NCBI GenBank assembly: GCA_964016885.1
Contig: OZ024742.1
Location: 89,900,001 to 89,964,000, forward strand
Direction of reading: 5' to 3'
Source of the DNA: Eledone cirrhosa
Taxonomy: Eukaryota
DNA: 64,000 nucleotides
Shown here: in pieces, positions 27,394-45,999 of the stretch
Numbering within the stretch: position 1 is the first letter of the stretch
Layout of the letters: every line of letters starts with the position of its first letter
The notes under the pieces: model-generated
Databases searched by the model: none
What the model was told of the DNA's origin: nothing
Seen by the model: the letters and a program-made list of their open reading frames with translations, nothing else
Program-made: the position numbers and the translations under genes

Positions 27394-27487
27394 ACCCCTT
27401 GAGAAGATCGGCTATTTAAATACCAGGATAAATTTTCATTTAGTCCAGAATTAGCCGTCGAAACGGCTTGAGCTCAGCTGTCGGGGT
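27394..27487 (+). ncRNA. Hammerhead, U3:A8 core variant
   Basis: ACCCC-TTGAGAA-GAtCGGCTA..TAGCCGTC-GAAA-CGGCTtgagctcAGCTG-TC-GGGGT, with GUC cleavage. Confidence 0.88.
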
Positions 27488-27497
27488 CTTACTGGTT

Positions 27498-27559
<62 letters not shown>

Positions 27560-27562
<3 letters not shown>

Positions 27563-28352
27563 CTGATTGGTGCAAGAAAATAACTAAAGAAAGTTATTGG
27601 GACACGTAAAATAGGGTGAAACGAGCGAGACATGTAAACAAACATAGATGGTATGGCAACGGAAAGATAAGTAGAGAGGAGAAAAGTCCGTGAAATCTTA
27701 TAAGCTTAAGCTTGGTGAATCATACACGAGAGATACAGACCATTCGACCTGGGTGAGAATTGAGCGAGAAAAGGATTTCACACAGGTCAAACTGGAGGAA
27801 GTGAGAGATACAGAGAAAGGGGAAGCAGTAAGAAAGAAACAGACAGGTCACGGCGGAGGAAAAAATATAAATATATGAAAAATGGAGTGCTGCGTTACAC
27901 ATGGGTTACATATGAATACAATTAGTCCTTCAGTGATCTTCCAGCCTTCATTGGTATTTCATCGGTTTAAAGATCATATACCTCTGGTTGATGCGAGCAA
28001 AAACTAAAGAAAGTTATTGGGACACGTAAAATAGGGTGAAACGAGCGAGACACGTAAACAAACATAGATGGTATGGCAACGAGAAGATAAGAAGAGAGGA
28101 GACAAGTCTGTGAAATCTTATAACCTTAAGCTTTGTGAAATCATAGACGAGAGATACAGACCATCCGACCTGGGTGAGATGTGGGCGAGAAGAGGATTTC
28201 ACACAGGTCAAACGGGAGGAATTGAGAGAGGGGAGAAGCAGAGGGTGAGTGAGTGAAAGTGTGAGGAAGAGGCCAGCTGAGAGAGAGTGACTGGCAGAGG
28301 GGGTAAAAAGAAGGTGAGAGATACAGAGAAAGAGGAAGCAGTAAGAAAGAAA
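27560..28352. repeat. ~420-bp diverged tandem duplication of an unclassified repeat
   Basis: aactaaagaaagttattgggacacgtaaaatagggtgaaacgagcgagac occurs at ~27582 and ~28002. Confidence 0.7.
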
Positions 28353-28353
28353 C

Positions 28354-29190
28354 GACTCTGGCTTATGCTCATACCACTTCTCAGAATGTGGTAAATTGTT
28401 TACTTTGCATAGATGCCAGTGGATCACCCTGCCTATCACATCATGTCTCCAGCCCTTATAGTGAGTCTGGACTAGGTGTTTACACTCGGATACAATGTGA
28501 GCCACAGTCTTCTCTCTCTCTCTCCACAGATCCTACACAGTAATCTAGCCTCCTCCTTGTAAATATGGTGTTTCACCCACTTCGTTCTGAGGGCTTGCTC
28601 TTTCGCAGCCATTAGCATTCCTTCTGTTGCTTTTTTAAGGTCTCTTCTTTTTAACCAGTTCCATGTCTGTGGATCTCTAAATTCAGTTTTCTTAAAGAAG
28701 GTACTATGAAGGTATTTTTCATGAAGGTTGCTCTTCCTCCTTGTTGTGATTTCCTCCTTGGACATCCCCTGGTCTATTGTCTTCTCCTTCAGTACAATTT
28801 TGGGCATTGGCTCCCTACTGTCAGTCACGTATTTGTACAGGTTGTTTTTCTCCATCTGAACACAGTCTTCTAAGCTGATAAGACCTCTTCCACCTTAATA
28901 TCTATTTAAGTAGACTCTATCGACATCAATCCTCTTGTGGAACATGCTGTAGATAGTCAATAGCTTCCTAGTCTTCCTATCCATTTCCTTTTTGTTCAGC
29001 AACATTCCATTTCAGAATTCCCGCACTTTACCTAATAATAGACACAGCTCAGGAATTCACTGCACTTATGACATTCCTACTATTTAGATGTGACTTTAAC
29101 ACGCTCCTTACTCTCCTTATGTACTCAGATCTCATCAGTTCCTTCATTTTTTGTTCTTGGTGTCATCTGCCTCCAGAACACCTAAATATT
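28354..29190 (-). mobile_element. R4/Dong-like LINE fragment, same family as 15445-16233
   Basis: Near-identical HIVSECKHL..RHDVIGRVIHWHLC, plus YLGVLE at the RT end. Confidence 0.85.
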
Positions 29191-29269
29191 TATTATTATT
29201 ACTAATTTATTTTTATTTTATTTTTAGATGGTGATGATGATGTTTTCTTTATTAACCAATAATAATAAT

Positions 29270-29665
29270 AATTGTTTCTATGTTTTGGCACAAGGCCATC
29301 AATTACACAGTGCATTACTGGTACTTTATTTTATCGACCCCGTATGGATGAAAGGCAAAGTCAACCTCGGAGGGATTTGAACTCAGATCGTAAAGGGACA
29401 TAACTATGCTGGAAAGCATGGCGTCCGAGCCTCTACCGATACTGCCAATCCACCGCCCTTAAACCAATAATAATAATAATTGTTTCTACGTTTTGGCACA
29501 AGGCCAGCAATTAATCAGTGCATTACTGGTACTTTATTTTATCGAGCACGTAAGGATGAAACAAAGTTACCTCGGCGGGATTTGAACACCGAATGGCAAG
29601 GGCCGTAACTCTATACGTCAAAGCATGGCGTCCGACCCTCTACTGATACTGCCAATCCACCGCCC
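29270..29665 (-). mobile_element. Two tandem full-length tRNA-derived SINEs
   Basis: ~29270-29458 and ~29478-29665 have A/B boxes and (ATT)n tails. Confidence 0.88.
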
Positions 29666-30048
29666 TTAATAATAATAATGATAGCGATAACGATGATGGC
29701 GATAACGATGATGGTGACTCCGACAACGGCGATCCTGTTGAGAACGACGATAACGAGGAAGATGATGGTGATAGCGATGATGCTGATGATGATGGTGTTA
29801 ATGAAAAGGCAAATGAATATGATGATGATTATTATGAAATCTTACGATCTAATAAATATCTGGAACAGAATTAATTATCCCACGATTCAGGTTTATTGTA
29901 CATTTACCTAATTTCAATAATCCATTTAATTATTTAATTTATGATAAAGTATCTATTGAAATTATGCAAAGCCGTGAGAAACTCTTAAACATCAAAGTTA
30001 ATTTTAACACATGCGTGGGAATTAAAGGAATTTGCTTCTGTGCTAGAA

Positions 30049-30060
30049 CCCCATAAATAT
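30049..30060 (+). promoter_or_regulatory. TATA-like element
   Basis: CATAAATA lies ~50 nt upstream of the ATG at 30105. Confidence 0.3.
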
Positions 30061-30104
30061 GTCTCCCAGTTCAATATTAAATTGAATTTGGAGTCAAAAA
30101 CAAA

Positions 30105-30252
30105 ATGTATAACATCATGTCGCAGATCCTTGTTATCACTGTTTGTATTCTACTGACTGTTGTTGGAACAACTGCATTGCATTATCCATGGAAAACAACA
30201 TGGTATCCAACTCCTATACCACATTATTGGCCTCCTTACAGTCCTCAAACAA
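30105..30252 (+). CDS. Probable first coding exon of a secreted host protein (signal peptide plus Pro/Tyr/Trp-rich segment)
   Basis: CAAA-ATG, then MYNIMSQILVITVCILLTVVGTTA|LHYPWKTTWYPTPIPHYWPPYSPQT, then the donor AA|GTAATT (phase 1). It sits in non-repetitive context. Confidence 0.6.
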
Positions 30253-32499
30253 GTAATTATTCTATATTTTATTTAAATATTTAAAAGTTAGTAATAATGT
30301 TACTCTAATTTTAAACTCTGAAACATTTTTTAAAAATCTATCTGTATACCGAGGTTGATATAATTTTAACGATTTTGAAGTGATATTTATATTTATAGAT
30401 ATTTATTGGTTTTATATCGTGTAACGTGAATTCAATTTAAATTCCTAATTATCAATATTTCACCTGGTACGTCTCATATTTCCTGTACACCGAAGTATTG
30501 GTCGTTCGGTGTCGGTAAGTTCAAACAAATTAATATATTTATGCCATATATTAGATTACACCGTGTAATAATTGATTTTGTTCTTGTCTATGATGTCTTC
30601 TATTCGATACTGACCCTCTAAAGATTTAATTTGGGGGTTTGGCTACTAAGTTTATTGAAGTTGTGGAACACTTTTGTCGGAACATGATGGGATGAATTTA
30701 TCTCTTTTTACAAATATCTACCTTGAGACAGAGTGTTGTCGGTTATATTGGTAACAGTGTGTGATATTTTGTGAGAACCTTTACTCATAAAAATCACTAT
30801 ACCGAACTTGCATCAATTGTGATTGTCAGTTTTATGGGTGCGAATGATAAGTTAAAATCAAATTATAATTACATAGTTTCCAGTACTGAAAAAAAAGAAA
30901 ATAATGCTACTATAGTTAGGAGTGTGGTGGCGTTTAGAAAACCATAAAATGACAGTAAATGTACATTGTTGTATACAGTTACATCCCATTAACTTTCCGA
31001 GTTCAAATCGCATCGGTGTAAATATTGCTCTTCATCTTACCCAGGTCGATAAAATAAGAACTATTCAAATACTGGGGACTATAGATTGCCCTATAATTTA
31101 ATGCTATGAACCTATCTTATATACTACAGTCAATAATATCTTTACATTTTGAGTTTAAGTACCAAACTTAGGGGAGTTTGTGTACACAGATAAACAGATA
31201 TACAGTGATTATACCATTGGTTTTGGGACATAATTGATTTTTCTCCTAATCTATATGATGAGTTGCAGGTTGTCACCTAGACTCGTAAACTATATTTCTT
31301 TGTAGGCATTCATTTTTCAGTGGGCACTTATTAGAGTCTCTGCAGTTGCATGTTCTGTTCAGTACCGTTGTATCTGCAGTGAGTTGTTATTTTTCTGTGG
31401 TAGAATGTGTTACCTCCTGGTTCATGCTCATGTTAAGGGATGGATATTTGCCGTTGTCTCGTACCACCCGCTTTTGTTCTGTCCATGGGACTTGCTCTGT
31501 CAAAGGTAATCCGGTCCACTCTTTGGTTTTTCGGCTGATTACTGTTGTATCTTAACATATTGTGATTGTTATTGATATTATTGTTATTTCAGTTGTAGGG
31601 AATTTTAACGGAATAGGAATTTTAGAATGTATTATTTCCATTCATTGTTATGTTCACCACTCGCTTTTGCACGGGATACGATATGCTGGGACCGTAATTT
31701 ACAAAGCCAGGATCGTTGTTCATGTTGTGGTTGTTGCTGTTAGCTTTATATCTATTTTTATTGTTATTTTTATTGCCTATTTTGATGACTGACCAAATAC
31801 TATAAACAATGACCAGTTCACTCGTCTGAAGCCAACCATAATGACAAAACATACTTTCTGTGAAATATGAACTGATTAACCGAGGACTGCCCTAAGTATC
31901 AAATGAAACAATAAACTGGAGAATATTTTGGGGTGACAAAAATGTGAATGTGCAAACACGAACCACGTCCAAATATAGACCAAAGAAAGTCCACGCCCGA
32001 CGTAATATATAAAAGGAAATACATCTGTGGGTAACTCCATATTCATGCTGAGCAGTGAAGAAACAACACCTAAGCCCGCCAACTACTGTATCGGATTGAT
32101 AATGACACCACTAATGATTATATAAGTAAAGTACTAACTGACGAGATCGTGTCTGATTATTATATAACTGATGCCATCTAAATACGTATCAAAGGATTAA
32201 GTATTAAATAGAATTTGATGAAATTATAACATACTCTCATCTAATTCATTATTATAGTAATACTCTGCTGTGCACACACTTCCGTTATACATAACGGTGG
32301 AACTACACCACGTCGAGTGCTCAATCCTGCTTACGATATTGATTATAGATATGTACCTAAAAACTAACAAATCATTTATTCACACTTATTTAACATAACA
32401 TAATCATATACATAGAGAAAGAGACGGAGTGAGTGGAGGGGGGGGGGGGGGGAGATACAGAAAGTAAGCGGAAAACGATACAGCGCATGGTGGTGGAGA

Positions 32500-33270
32500 G
32501 CTGAAATAATTTCGGATGGTGATTCTAGGAAAGATTACTACTTGGTCCTGGTGCGAGTCACTAGAGATGCTTGATGTAATATAATGGTTGAGACAGAGAG
32601 ATGCTGAGCTGAATGATTGTGGGAAACGGAAGTGACGATGTGTTTTTGCTAATCCTAGGTCAGGTGTTCTGCGAATCGATGTGTGTCTGCCTTGAGAACT
32701 TGTTGGTAGAGGTCAATAAGATACATTTGATAGAATATCAGTTTTTTGTACAAGTAGCCGACAATAATGTCTCTTCCTGGTGTTTTCTTATGTTGGAGTT
32801 TTCCTATCACAGTATCAAGGGCATCCTCATTTATTTCGTATGTTTGTGTTGTAGTGTAGGAGCAATAGTTCGTTTTGATTTAGTTTATCCACACTGCATC
32901 TTTGTTGAAATTCTTCTTTTCACCCCATATTTTTCTCCAGAAGGAATCTGTGTCTTTCTAGGATGGGGCATCAGTGACCTTTATTACTTTGCCCTTCATA
33001 TCTCTCTAGACTGATGTTTGGTTTCGTCTGAATCTTTAATGAAGTACTTTTCTTTCATCTACCCTCTTCATCTATCGGTGTTTCTCACTGACAACTCTCA
33101 ATTCTTGTTTGAGTGTGATCAGCTTATTTTGAAGTTTTCTGGTTGTACTGTCACCAAACATCGTTTCTATTTTATTTTTAACTCTTTGTTGTTGAGGAGT
33201 GAAGTTTTATTTTTGTTTTTGTTTGCATGTAAGGAGCATTGTCACATATCCTATAGTTTTTCGTAGGTCA
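32500..33270 (-). mobile_element. Degenerate R4/Dong-like pre-RT fragment
   Basis: DSFWRKIWGEKKNFNKDAVWI with stop codons. Confidence 0.55.
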
Positions 33271-33378
33271 ACAATCTGAAAACGAAAAAGAAGAAAATTA
33301 GCGACAGAAATATAAACCTTATATAACGATGAAAATATATGAACGTTTACATAAGCAATGTAATAAGTGTTATGATAT

Positions 33379-33502
33379 AATTGTTTCTACTTTAGGCACA
33401 AGGCCAGCAATTACCCAGTGCATTACTGGTACTTTATTTTATCGACCCCGTAAGGATGAAAGGCAAAGTCAACCTCGGCGGGATTTGAAATCAGATCGTA
33501 AA
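33379..33502 (-). mobile_element. 5'-truncated SINE
   Basis: B box, core and tail of the same SINE family. Confidence 0.8.
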
Positions 33503-34079
33503 GTGTTATGATATAATGAACGCTAACCGGAAGTGTTGACATTTCAAAATTTTAAAAGAAGTGAATCTTAAAATAAGCAATTATTATATATAAGAACAAC
33601 TATATTTAATCAACAGCTAAGAAATTTAGTACATAAATTATGTAATATTCAATCATTATTTATTCAAAGTAATCCAACTTATTTTACTAACTGGATAAAC
33701 AAATATATGTAGGACGCAGTCCCTCACTCCTCCTTTTATTATATTATGATATGATGGTGTTTTTGTGGTGTTTTGTTCTTAATATCTCTGCTCTCACCGA
33801 TATAAGGCTTCATTGTCGTTGCTATATATAAACAGGCGTTGATTTTCCAAAATATGGGGGTTTTAATCCGTCGTTAATATTCATCCCAATTTTGTAAATA
33901 GCACGTAAGATTTCATTATTTGGTTTTATTTTTTTTGTATTGTTGTTTTATTACGTTCAGCAAGAGAAATGTTTATACATGAATTAATTTCTTTCTTGGA
34001 GATTTCGTTGCGAGAACATTTTAATTATTTATACTTTTGATTATTATTATCGATAGTGTTTCCACAACAGTCAAGGCAG

Positions 34080-34560
34080 ACTCAGATGGTACACGTGGTC
34101 AAATTTCTTACGGGCATAGTTGCTTCAAGGCACTGTTTGACCTGGCTTCTAGAAGGTCTAGTAGCATAACGACCTGTAGAACGTGTTGTTGATTCCATGT
34201 TTGTTCTGGGGGACTTACAATTAATAATATTTATCTTATTTTTATTTTTAACAAAATTCGTTTGTTGGCGTAATTGTTTGGCTGTGAAGTGATTTAGCTC
34301 TAGATGTATTTTCTCCCAGTTAGGCTTCATTCTATACATACATATAGCCAATGGAGGGATTATTTTCACCATTTTATAATAATTAAATAAATCATCATTA
34401 AGTTGGCAACTCCAAGAGAACTGCGATTTATAATTTCGGTTTCTTCTGTAGCTACAACCAAATAAGTTTATTTACATTTCTCATTGATTTTCTCACTGGT
34501 TTTATTCGCTAAATTATTTTTGTTCCTTGTGTTCAGTAAATTGTTACTGTTGATGCTGTG
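34080..34560 (-). mobile_element. Degenerate R4/Dong-like N-terminal fragment
   Basis: YRMKPNWEKIH..TAKQLRQQ resembles the N-terminal region of this clade. Confidence 0.4.
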
Positions 34561-35014
34561 TCCACCCATACTGTTTATACCAAACCCTTATAAAATGAAG
34601 TATATATTTAGTCAGATATCTCTACGAATTCGAATAAAAGGTGTCATCAGTGGATATAGTCAGAAGAATACCCAGTTATTCAACACGACTGTTAGTTGAG
34701 GCATTTCTGTCGGAGATATCATTCATCATAAATTCAATAAATAGTATCCCCGCCAAAATGTGCGAATGATCGCGTTAACTTACTGTGTATGTATGTTCTT
34801 CTGGTTTTATAATTTCACAAATGTTTACCAATAGAGAGAGAGTCGGTTTCTAACATAGACACAAGACTCTCATTGGAATTTAGACAACATCAACGAGGTA
34901 GATTATGTATGCATGTCTAGATATGGATGTTATTGTATGTGTGGATGTGGATGTTTTGAGTTGTATGTGTGCATGTGTATATGCTTTGTATCTGTACATG
35001 TGTATATGCAGTTA

Positions 35015-35290
35015 TTAGATGCAAAATCTTTGGAATGTTTTACATATTTTTACTGTTCCATTAATGGATTGCACTTGTAATTTCCTAACTAGTTGTGTTC
35101 CTTCTGTTCCTGTGAAGCCTAGCTTCTCAAAATTCGTATTGAGGCAGTTATTAACATAACCCAGTGCCCCAATAATCACAGGTATAAATCTGAAGGTGTA
35201 ATCAGGGTGGAGAATCTGCAGATTTCTCATCAGTTCTGCATAAATATTCTCCTTTTCGCTAATCTTTGTTATTATATTGGCATCTGCTGT
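35015..35290 (-). mobile_element. R4/Dong-like RLE C-terminal fragment
   Basis: EKENIYAEL..FIPVIIGALG..GTVKICKTF. Confidence 0.7.
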
Positions 35291-35445
35291 GCATACACAC
35301 CCACGCACGCATAATAAAAATGTATATATATATACATAAATAGAATAGACACACAAAATCATATAAAGATACACAATGTGTCATACATGAAAGGATGCAG
35401 CTTGTTATAAACATGTACATACATAGAAAATACATACATACACAC

Positions 35446-35515
<70 letters not shown>

Positions 35516-35562
35516 GTTTATATAAATGTTTATATATATAAAAGAATAGAGGTGTAACACAC

Positions 35563-35948
35563 GCGTTGTGATATATTAGTAAAAGGAAACGAAAATGCTG
35601 ACAAATTTTTCCCAGTGAAAAATAGTTTAATTAGGAATAAGTATTGGTTATCAGTTTTAGGTTTAAGTTTTCACCGGTTGCGCATTTCTAATGCTTTTCA
35701 ATAATGATTTTGAGGTAGAGCGTCCGTGATGTTTGCTCTAATCTGTTATAATTGTTATTCTAATCTGATTAGAGCAAACATCACGGACGCTCTATCTCAA
35801 AATTATTTTTGAACCGGTAAAAATTAAAACTAAAACTGAATACTAACCAATACTTATTACTAATTTTTACTTATTCCTAATTAAACTATTTTTCACTGGG
35901 AAAAGTTTGTCAGCATTTTCTTTTCCTTTTACTAATATATCACAACGC
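35563..35948. repeat. Foldback/MITE-like long inverted repeat
   Basis: gcgttgtgatatattagtaaaagg pairs with ccttttactaatatatcacaacgc. Inner arms are agagcgtccgtgatgtttgctctaatc and gattagagcaaacatcacggacgctct. Confidence 0.8.
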
Positions 35949-35965
35949 TCAGCTTTATAATAATA

Positions 35966-41530
<5,565 letters not shown>

Positions 41531-41790
41531 ATACAAAAGTACATCATATTCGAAGTTCAAGTAGCAGCTACGCCAACGAATGCCTTCACCAGTGCAGCCA
41601 AGCACTCGACGAGGTATAGATCTCAGAGTAATGACATACTGTTTAAAGGGCTTTGCAAATAGAAAATAGCGACCGCTAATTCAGCTGCGTGATATGTAGT
41701 AACGAAAGAACTGACTAGTGAGAAAAAAATGCACACACACACACACATCCATACACACACATATATGTATACATACATATCTATACATAC

Positions 41791-41821
<31 letters not shown>

Positions 41822-41856
41822 TTACAGTAATCAAAGTTCAGTTTAAGTCATTTATT

Positions 41857-41903
41857 TGCTTACAATTGTTTCCTCCAAACCGAGGTTTGGTTTCTTCGGA
41901 GCA
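41857..41903 (-). ncRNA. Hammerhead, U4C core variant
   Basis: TGCT-CCGAAGA-CCAAACC/GGTTTGG-GAAA-CAATTG-TA-AGCA. Confidence 0.75.
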
Positions 41904-44900
41904 GCTATTTATAACATACTTGACCTCCTTTTCAACCCAAGAGACACATAAAACATATGCGCATATTGATCAACAGTGGGGCGATATTCATCAAATGAAA
42001 TAGCATGGCAATTTACATATAAAGTGTTACATGATAAAAATAAAATAAAATAAAAGCAAGAGTGAAAATAAGAGTGAAAATAAAGATAAACATGAAGCGT
42101 TGGCAGTCTATGAAGATAAAGCAAGAGGAAAGCTTAGAGTAGTCAGTGCATGAAGCAATCTCCCGTGTAGCATGCACGCTTGTCTTATCTATACATGATT
42201 AGAGTGCGTCAGAATGATATTTGCAGGGTCAGGCAGTTGAAGCAGGCAATCGATCTTATTATATAGGCTGAATTATTAAGTAGTTTATTCTCATACATCT
42301 GTATGATATACAGTCTCGGATGCGGGGGAACACCAAAATATCAAAAACCTTCAACATACTATAAACCTTATTGTATCGTAGGCAAGGTCGTACCACTGTC
42401 CTTGCTCACACCACCACTCACATAATCCATGAGACGCAATATATATATAGAGAACACGCGTCTATCGTATAATTCGCAGTGGTTCAGCATATAGTCAAGC
42501 TATAAACCGTATCCAGTCGGTTCTTAATTAATATATCATGCTGTCCAAGTTCCGGAAGTGTCTGAATAATTAAGGGGAATTAATGCGTAAGGGGAGGTAA
42601 CTAGCTAGTTATTTTAGTTACATTACTATGCTAAACTACATTAATGGTGATTCAAATACGTGCCTATCATGTGAAGTTATAACTAATATCTAGAGTATGG
42701 TACCCATTTATAGGTTAGAGAGTTGTTCATTAAGAAGTACAAGGGTGTATATACTAGGATGATTGCCAACCATTAATTAAGGGGTGTCATATCTGAACGT
42801 TCTATAAGAGGAGTCAGACTCTCAAGTCACTGTTCCATGCAAATGTAATATAACAGTAGGACCTGGTATGGTCCCACTATTATATATGCCACCCGGTAGG
42901 CTCCGGGTCATTGCTTGCCTGCATCTCCAGTAAATCTTCGGTATGGTCCGGAGATCCGATCTCTCATATAAATGCACTAGTCTGGCCATCAGGTAATAGA
43001 CAACCCCCGTCTCAAATATAAATCAATTATGTATCACATCTCCAAGCTAGAGTGGAGTCTATTAATAGGTATTAAAGGAGTCCACATCAAGATGATTACG
43101 AGCATAATTCAATGAACTGATCGCTTACAGTATATAATCACTTAACAATACGATTATCTATCTAATCATCAATCTATCTCTTGGTGGTAATCCATGCACA
43201 GGACTATGCTATCACAACCAGTACCGTGTCCCCAGTTTATAATAATCTTATATTTGTGCAATGCAGAATAAGTAGTCCACGGTCGGGATATCAGTATTAG
43301 AGGTACAAGGGGGTATTCCCAGGGTAGGTGGCACTCAAATGCTGTCAGTATTATCTTTAGAGTATAGAGATGGGTGTGGATGTGAGGTGTAAGGTGTGCT
43401 ACTGATGTTCATTGCTAGGGGTGGTGCCGGTTCCAGTCTGACATTATTATATATAGGGTTTAAAGTTTTGGAACGAGTGTCGGAAGCGGTGTTGGCAATT
43501 TGCCAACACTTCTGATTTTTTATTAAGGAGATTATGTTTAGAGAAGATGATAGTATGGGTCTCTAGTAGACAGAGGTTACAAAATTTATCAGGTGGTTTG
43601 TACGATGTTGCACTACCTACCACTTCCCATTTAAGTGTTTATATTTTATTTTTAGTTTTTAGATAGTGTATGTAGCTAGATAGTGAAGTGGAGTTGGCTA
43701 GACTGTGTTTTTTGAAAGAGTGGAGGTGCGAATTGTATCTAGTTTTGAAGCAGTTAGAATTGGAGCCTATGTAGGTTTCAGAAGAGCTGTTAGTTGTGAC
43801 TGTACATGAGTATATGATATCCTTGGTTAAGCATTTTTTATCTAAAGGGCAGGTTCTACTTGATCTACAGTTACAATTACTCTGGGTGCTAGTCTGCCGG
43901 TTACTATGCTGTGTAGAAGTTTGGAGGTTAGCTATAGGGTTATGGTTATGCGGGTTGTGGTACGCAACGTTAATGTTTACACTAGTGCTATTACTACTAT
44001 TTCCATTGATATTACGGTTATTTGTTATAATGTTACTTTGACTGTTATTTTGAATGTTATTTTGAAGGTTTATCGACCGTTGTGATTTAGTTTGTTGGAA
44101 GTAAGAATTAATTTTTCTTTTATTTGTACTAGCTATGTGGTATGCTAAGTTAGGCGTAGTAGAGTATGAGATCTTAATAGTGTTTTTTGTTTAAAAGGCC
44201 GTGGTACCTGTGGCCGGATGGGAAGTGTTTATCTAGTAGTGAGAAGAAAGCCCTAGGAAGGTTGGTAGAGACGTTTAAATTGAAAGGAGGGTTGAAAAAT
44301 GTATTATTTCTTCTTCTATTTCTGTTTTTTATGTCTGGTGATTTGTTTCCTTTAATGTTCCTATGGTCATTTCTGTGGTGCGGGTTTCTCTTGTTGTTAC
44401 AATTCCTATTAGTGTGTGTGCAGTTGCTATTCTTATTATTAAATTTTCCCATGGACATGTTGTGTGAAATGATGTTGTAGCTATGTGTTTTTGTAGGTAG
44501 GAACTCTATCCCTGTATTATGGCCTGATCTAGCTAATGCCTGATTATAATACTGCGAGTTATTGTTAAATGTGTTTATGTCATAGGATAGATTAGAGATT
44601 CTATTAGATACTCCCTTAGAGATAGAGTTCAATATAGATTTAGGGTGGTTAGACTTGGTATCTACGTAGATGAGTTTTTCATTAGGTTTGTGGAAAGGTG
44701 CATATATCATTGAGTCTAAGTAGAGTGTGGCGTCTAGGAAGTTGACGTTTTTGGTGTGTTTGTCCATGGTAATACTAAGGTTAAAGTTTTTGAATGTTTT
44801 GTGCAATAGTTTTCTAGTCCTTTCTATATTGAATTTTTTATAGTCTATAAGTAGAAGTGCATCGTCGCGATACAAACCACCGCTGAGGTACGGAAGTTCC

Positions 44901-45281
44901 CTGTGGATTAGGTTAAGTAAGTATAGGCCAACCAAATCAGTGACCTGCGCCGAGTCACTAGACCCCATAGTAATGTCGAAGTTGTTTTGCGTATCCTTGC
45001 CGGTCCATAATTGGTCCTCAAAGGTGATTATTGTTTTACGGGCCGCAAGTATGACATCAATCTGGGGTCTAGTCAAGTCACTATTGTCCATGGCCATTAT
45101 AAGTGCCTTATTTAGTAGGATAGGGGAAATAGAGGTGTAGTAAGAGTTGATATCAAATTGGATACATTTTTTATCCTTGTTATCTATGATATTTTTGAAC
45201 CATTCAATCACTTCACCCGTATTTCCCCATTGCCCCAGTGTCTCTTGGGTTGAAAAGGAGGTCAAGTATGTTATAAATAGC

Positions 45282-45328
45282 TGCTCCGAAGAATCCAAAC
45301 CTCGGTTTGGAGGAAACAATTGTAAGCA
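45282..45328 (+). ncRNA. Hammerhead, U4C core variant
   Basis: Inverted copy of 41857-41903, with stem II TCCAAACC/GGTTTGGA. Confidence 0.78.
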
Positions 45329-45534
45329 AATAAATGACTTAAACTGAACTTTGATTACTGTAATCTCTATATAACTGCTCTGTATAACAACGGATGTTAT
45401 TACATTGAGCTATTTATCTTACTGGTAATAGGATAGTAATTAAAGACTATCTCTCACTATTTAGGGTTTGTGTATATATAATATATTATCATCAAAGGTC
45501 TTATTGCATACATAACCATAAATAGTACCCTTAA

Positions 45535-45666
<132 letters not shown>

Positions 45667-45667
45667 G

Positions 45668-45700
<33 letters not shown>

Positions 45701-45732
45701 GTATATATGTATATATATATATATGTATATAA

Positions 45733-45797
<65 letters not shown>

Positions 45798-45999
45798 TGT
45801 ATACATATTGTTGATGAATCAAGGAGTGGTTCACACTGTTGTTGTCGTTGTTGTTGTTGTTGCTATTGCTGATGTTGTTGTAGCTGTTGTTGTTGTTGTA
45901 GCTGCTGTTGTTGTTGTTGCTGCTGCTGGACAGCATTCGAAGAGAAAACACACCGTAGTTTATCCAAATGTTTATTGATTAATTTAAAAGCAATTAACT

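Larger units (their letters stand above)
25801..27500 (-). mobile_element. Non-coding Penelope-type pLTR with an inverted duplicate (27095-27500)
   Basis: ~25878-26288 is the reverse complement of ~27095-27502. Both copies have hammerheads, and (TA)n lies on both flanks. Confidence 0.75.

Noticed and set aside
29478-29665. tRNA genes
   Set aside because: A and B boxes are present, but there is no cloverleaf and the sequence continues into the SINE core and tail.
32130-32205. Hammerhead-like CTGACGA motif, with similar cases at 56850-56900 and 27905-27970 on the minus strand
   Set aside because: GAAA and stem III are missing or degenerate, so these were not counted as ribozymes.
45238-45319. 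N-terminus of the 381-aa ORF 44174-45319
   Set aside because: It reads through the inverted pLTR and the antisense hammerhead, so it is a junction chimera.
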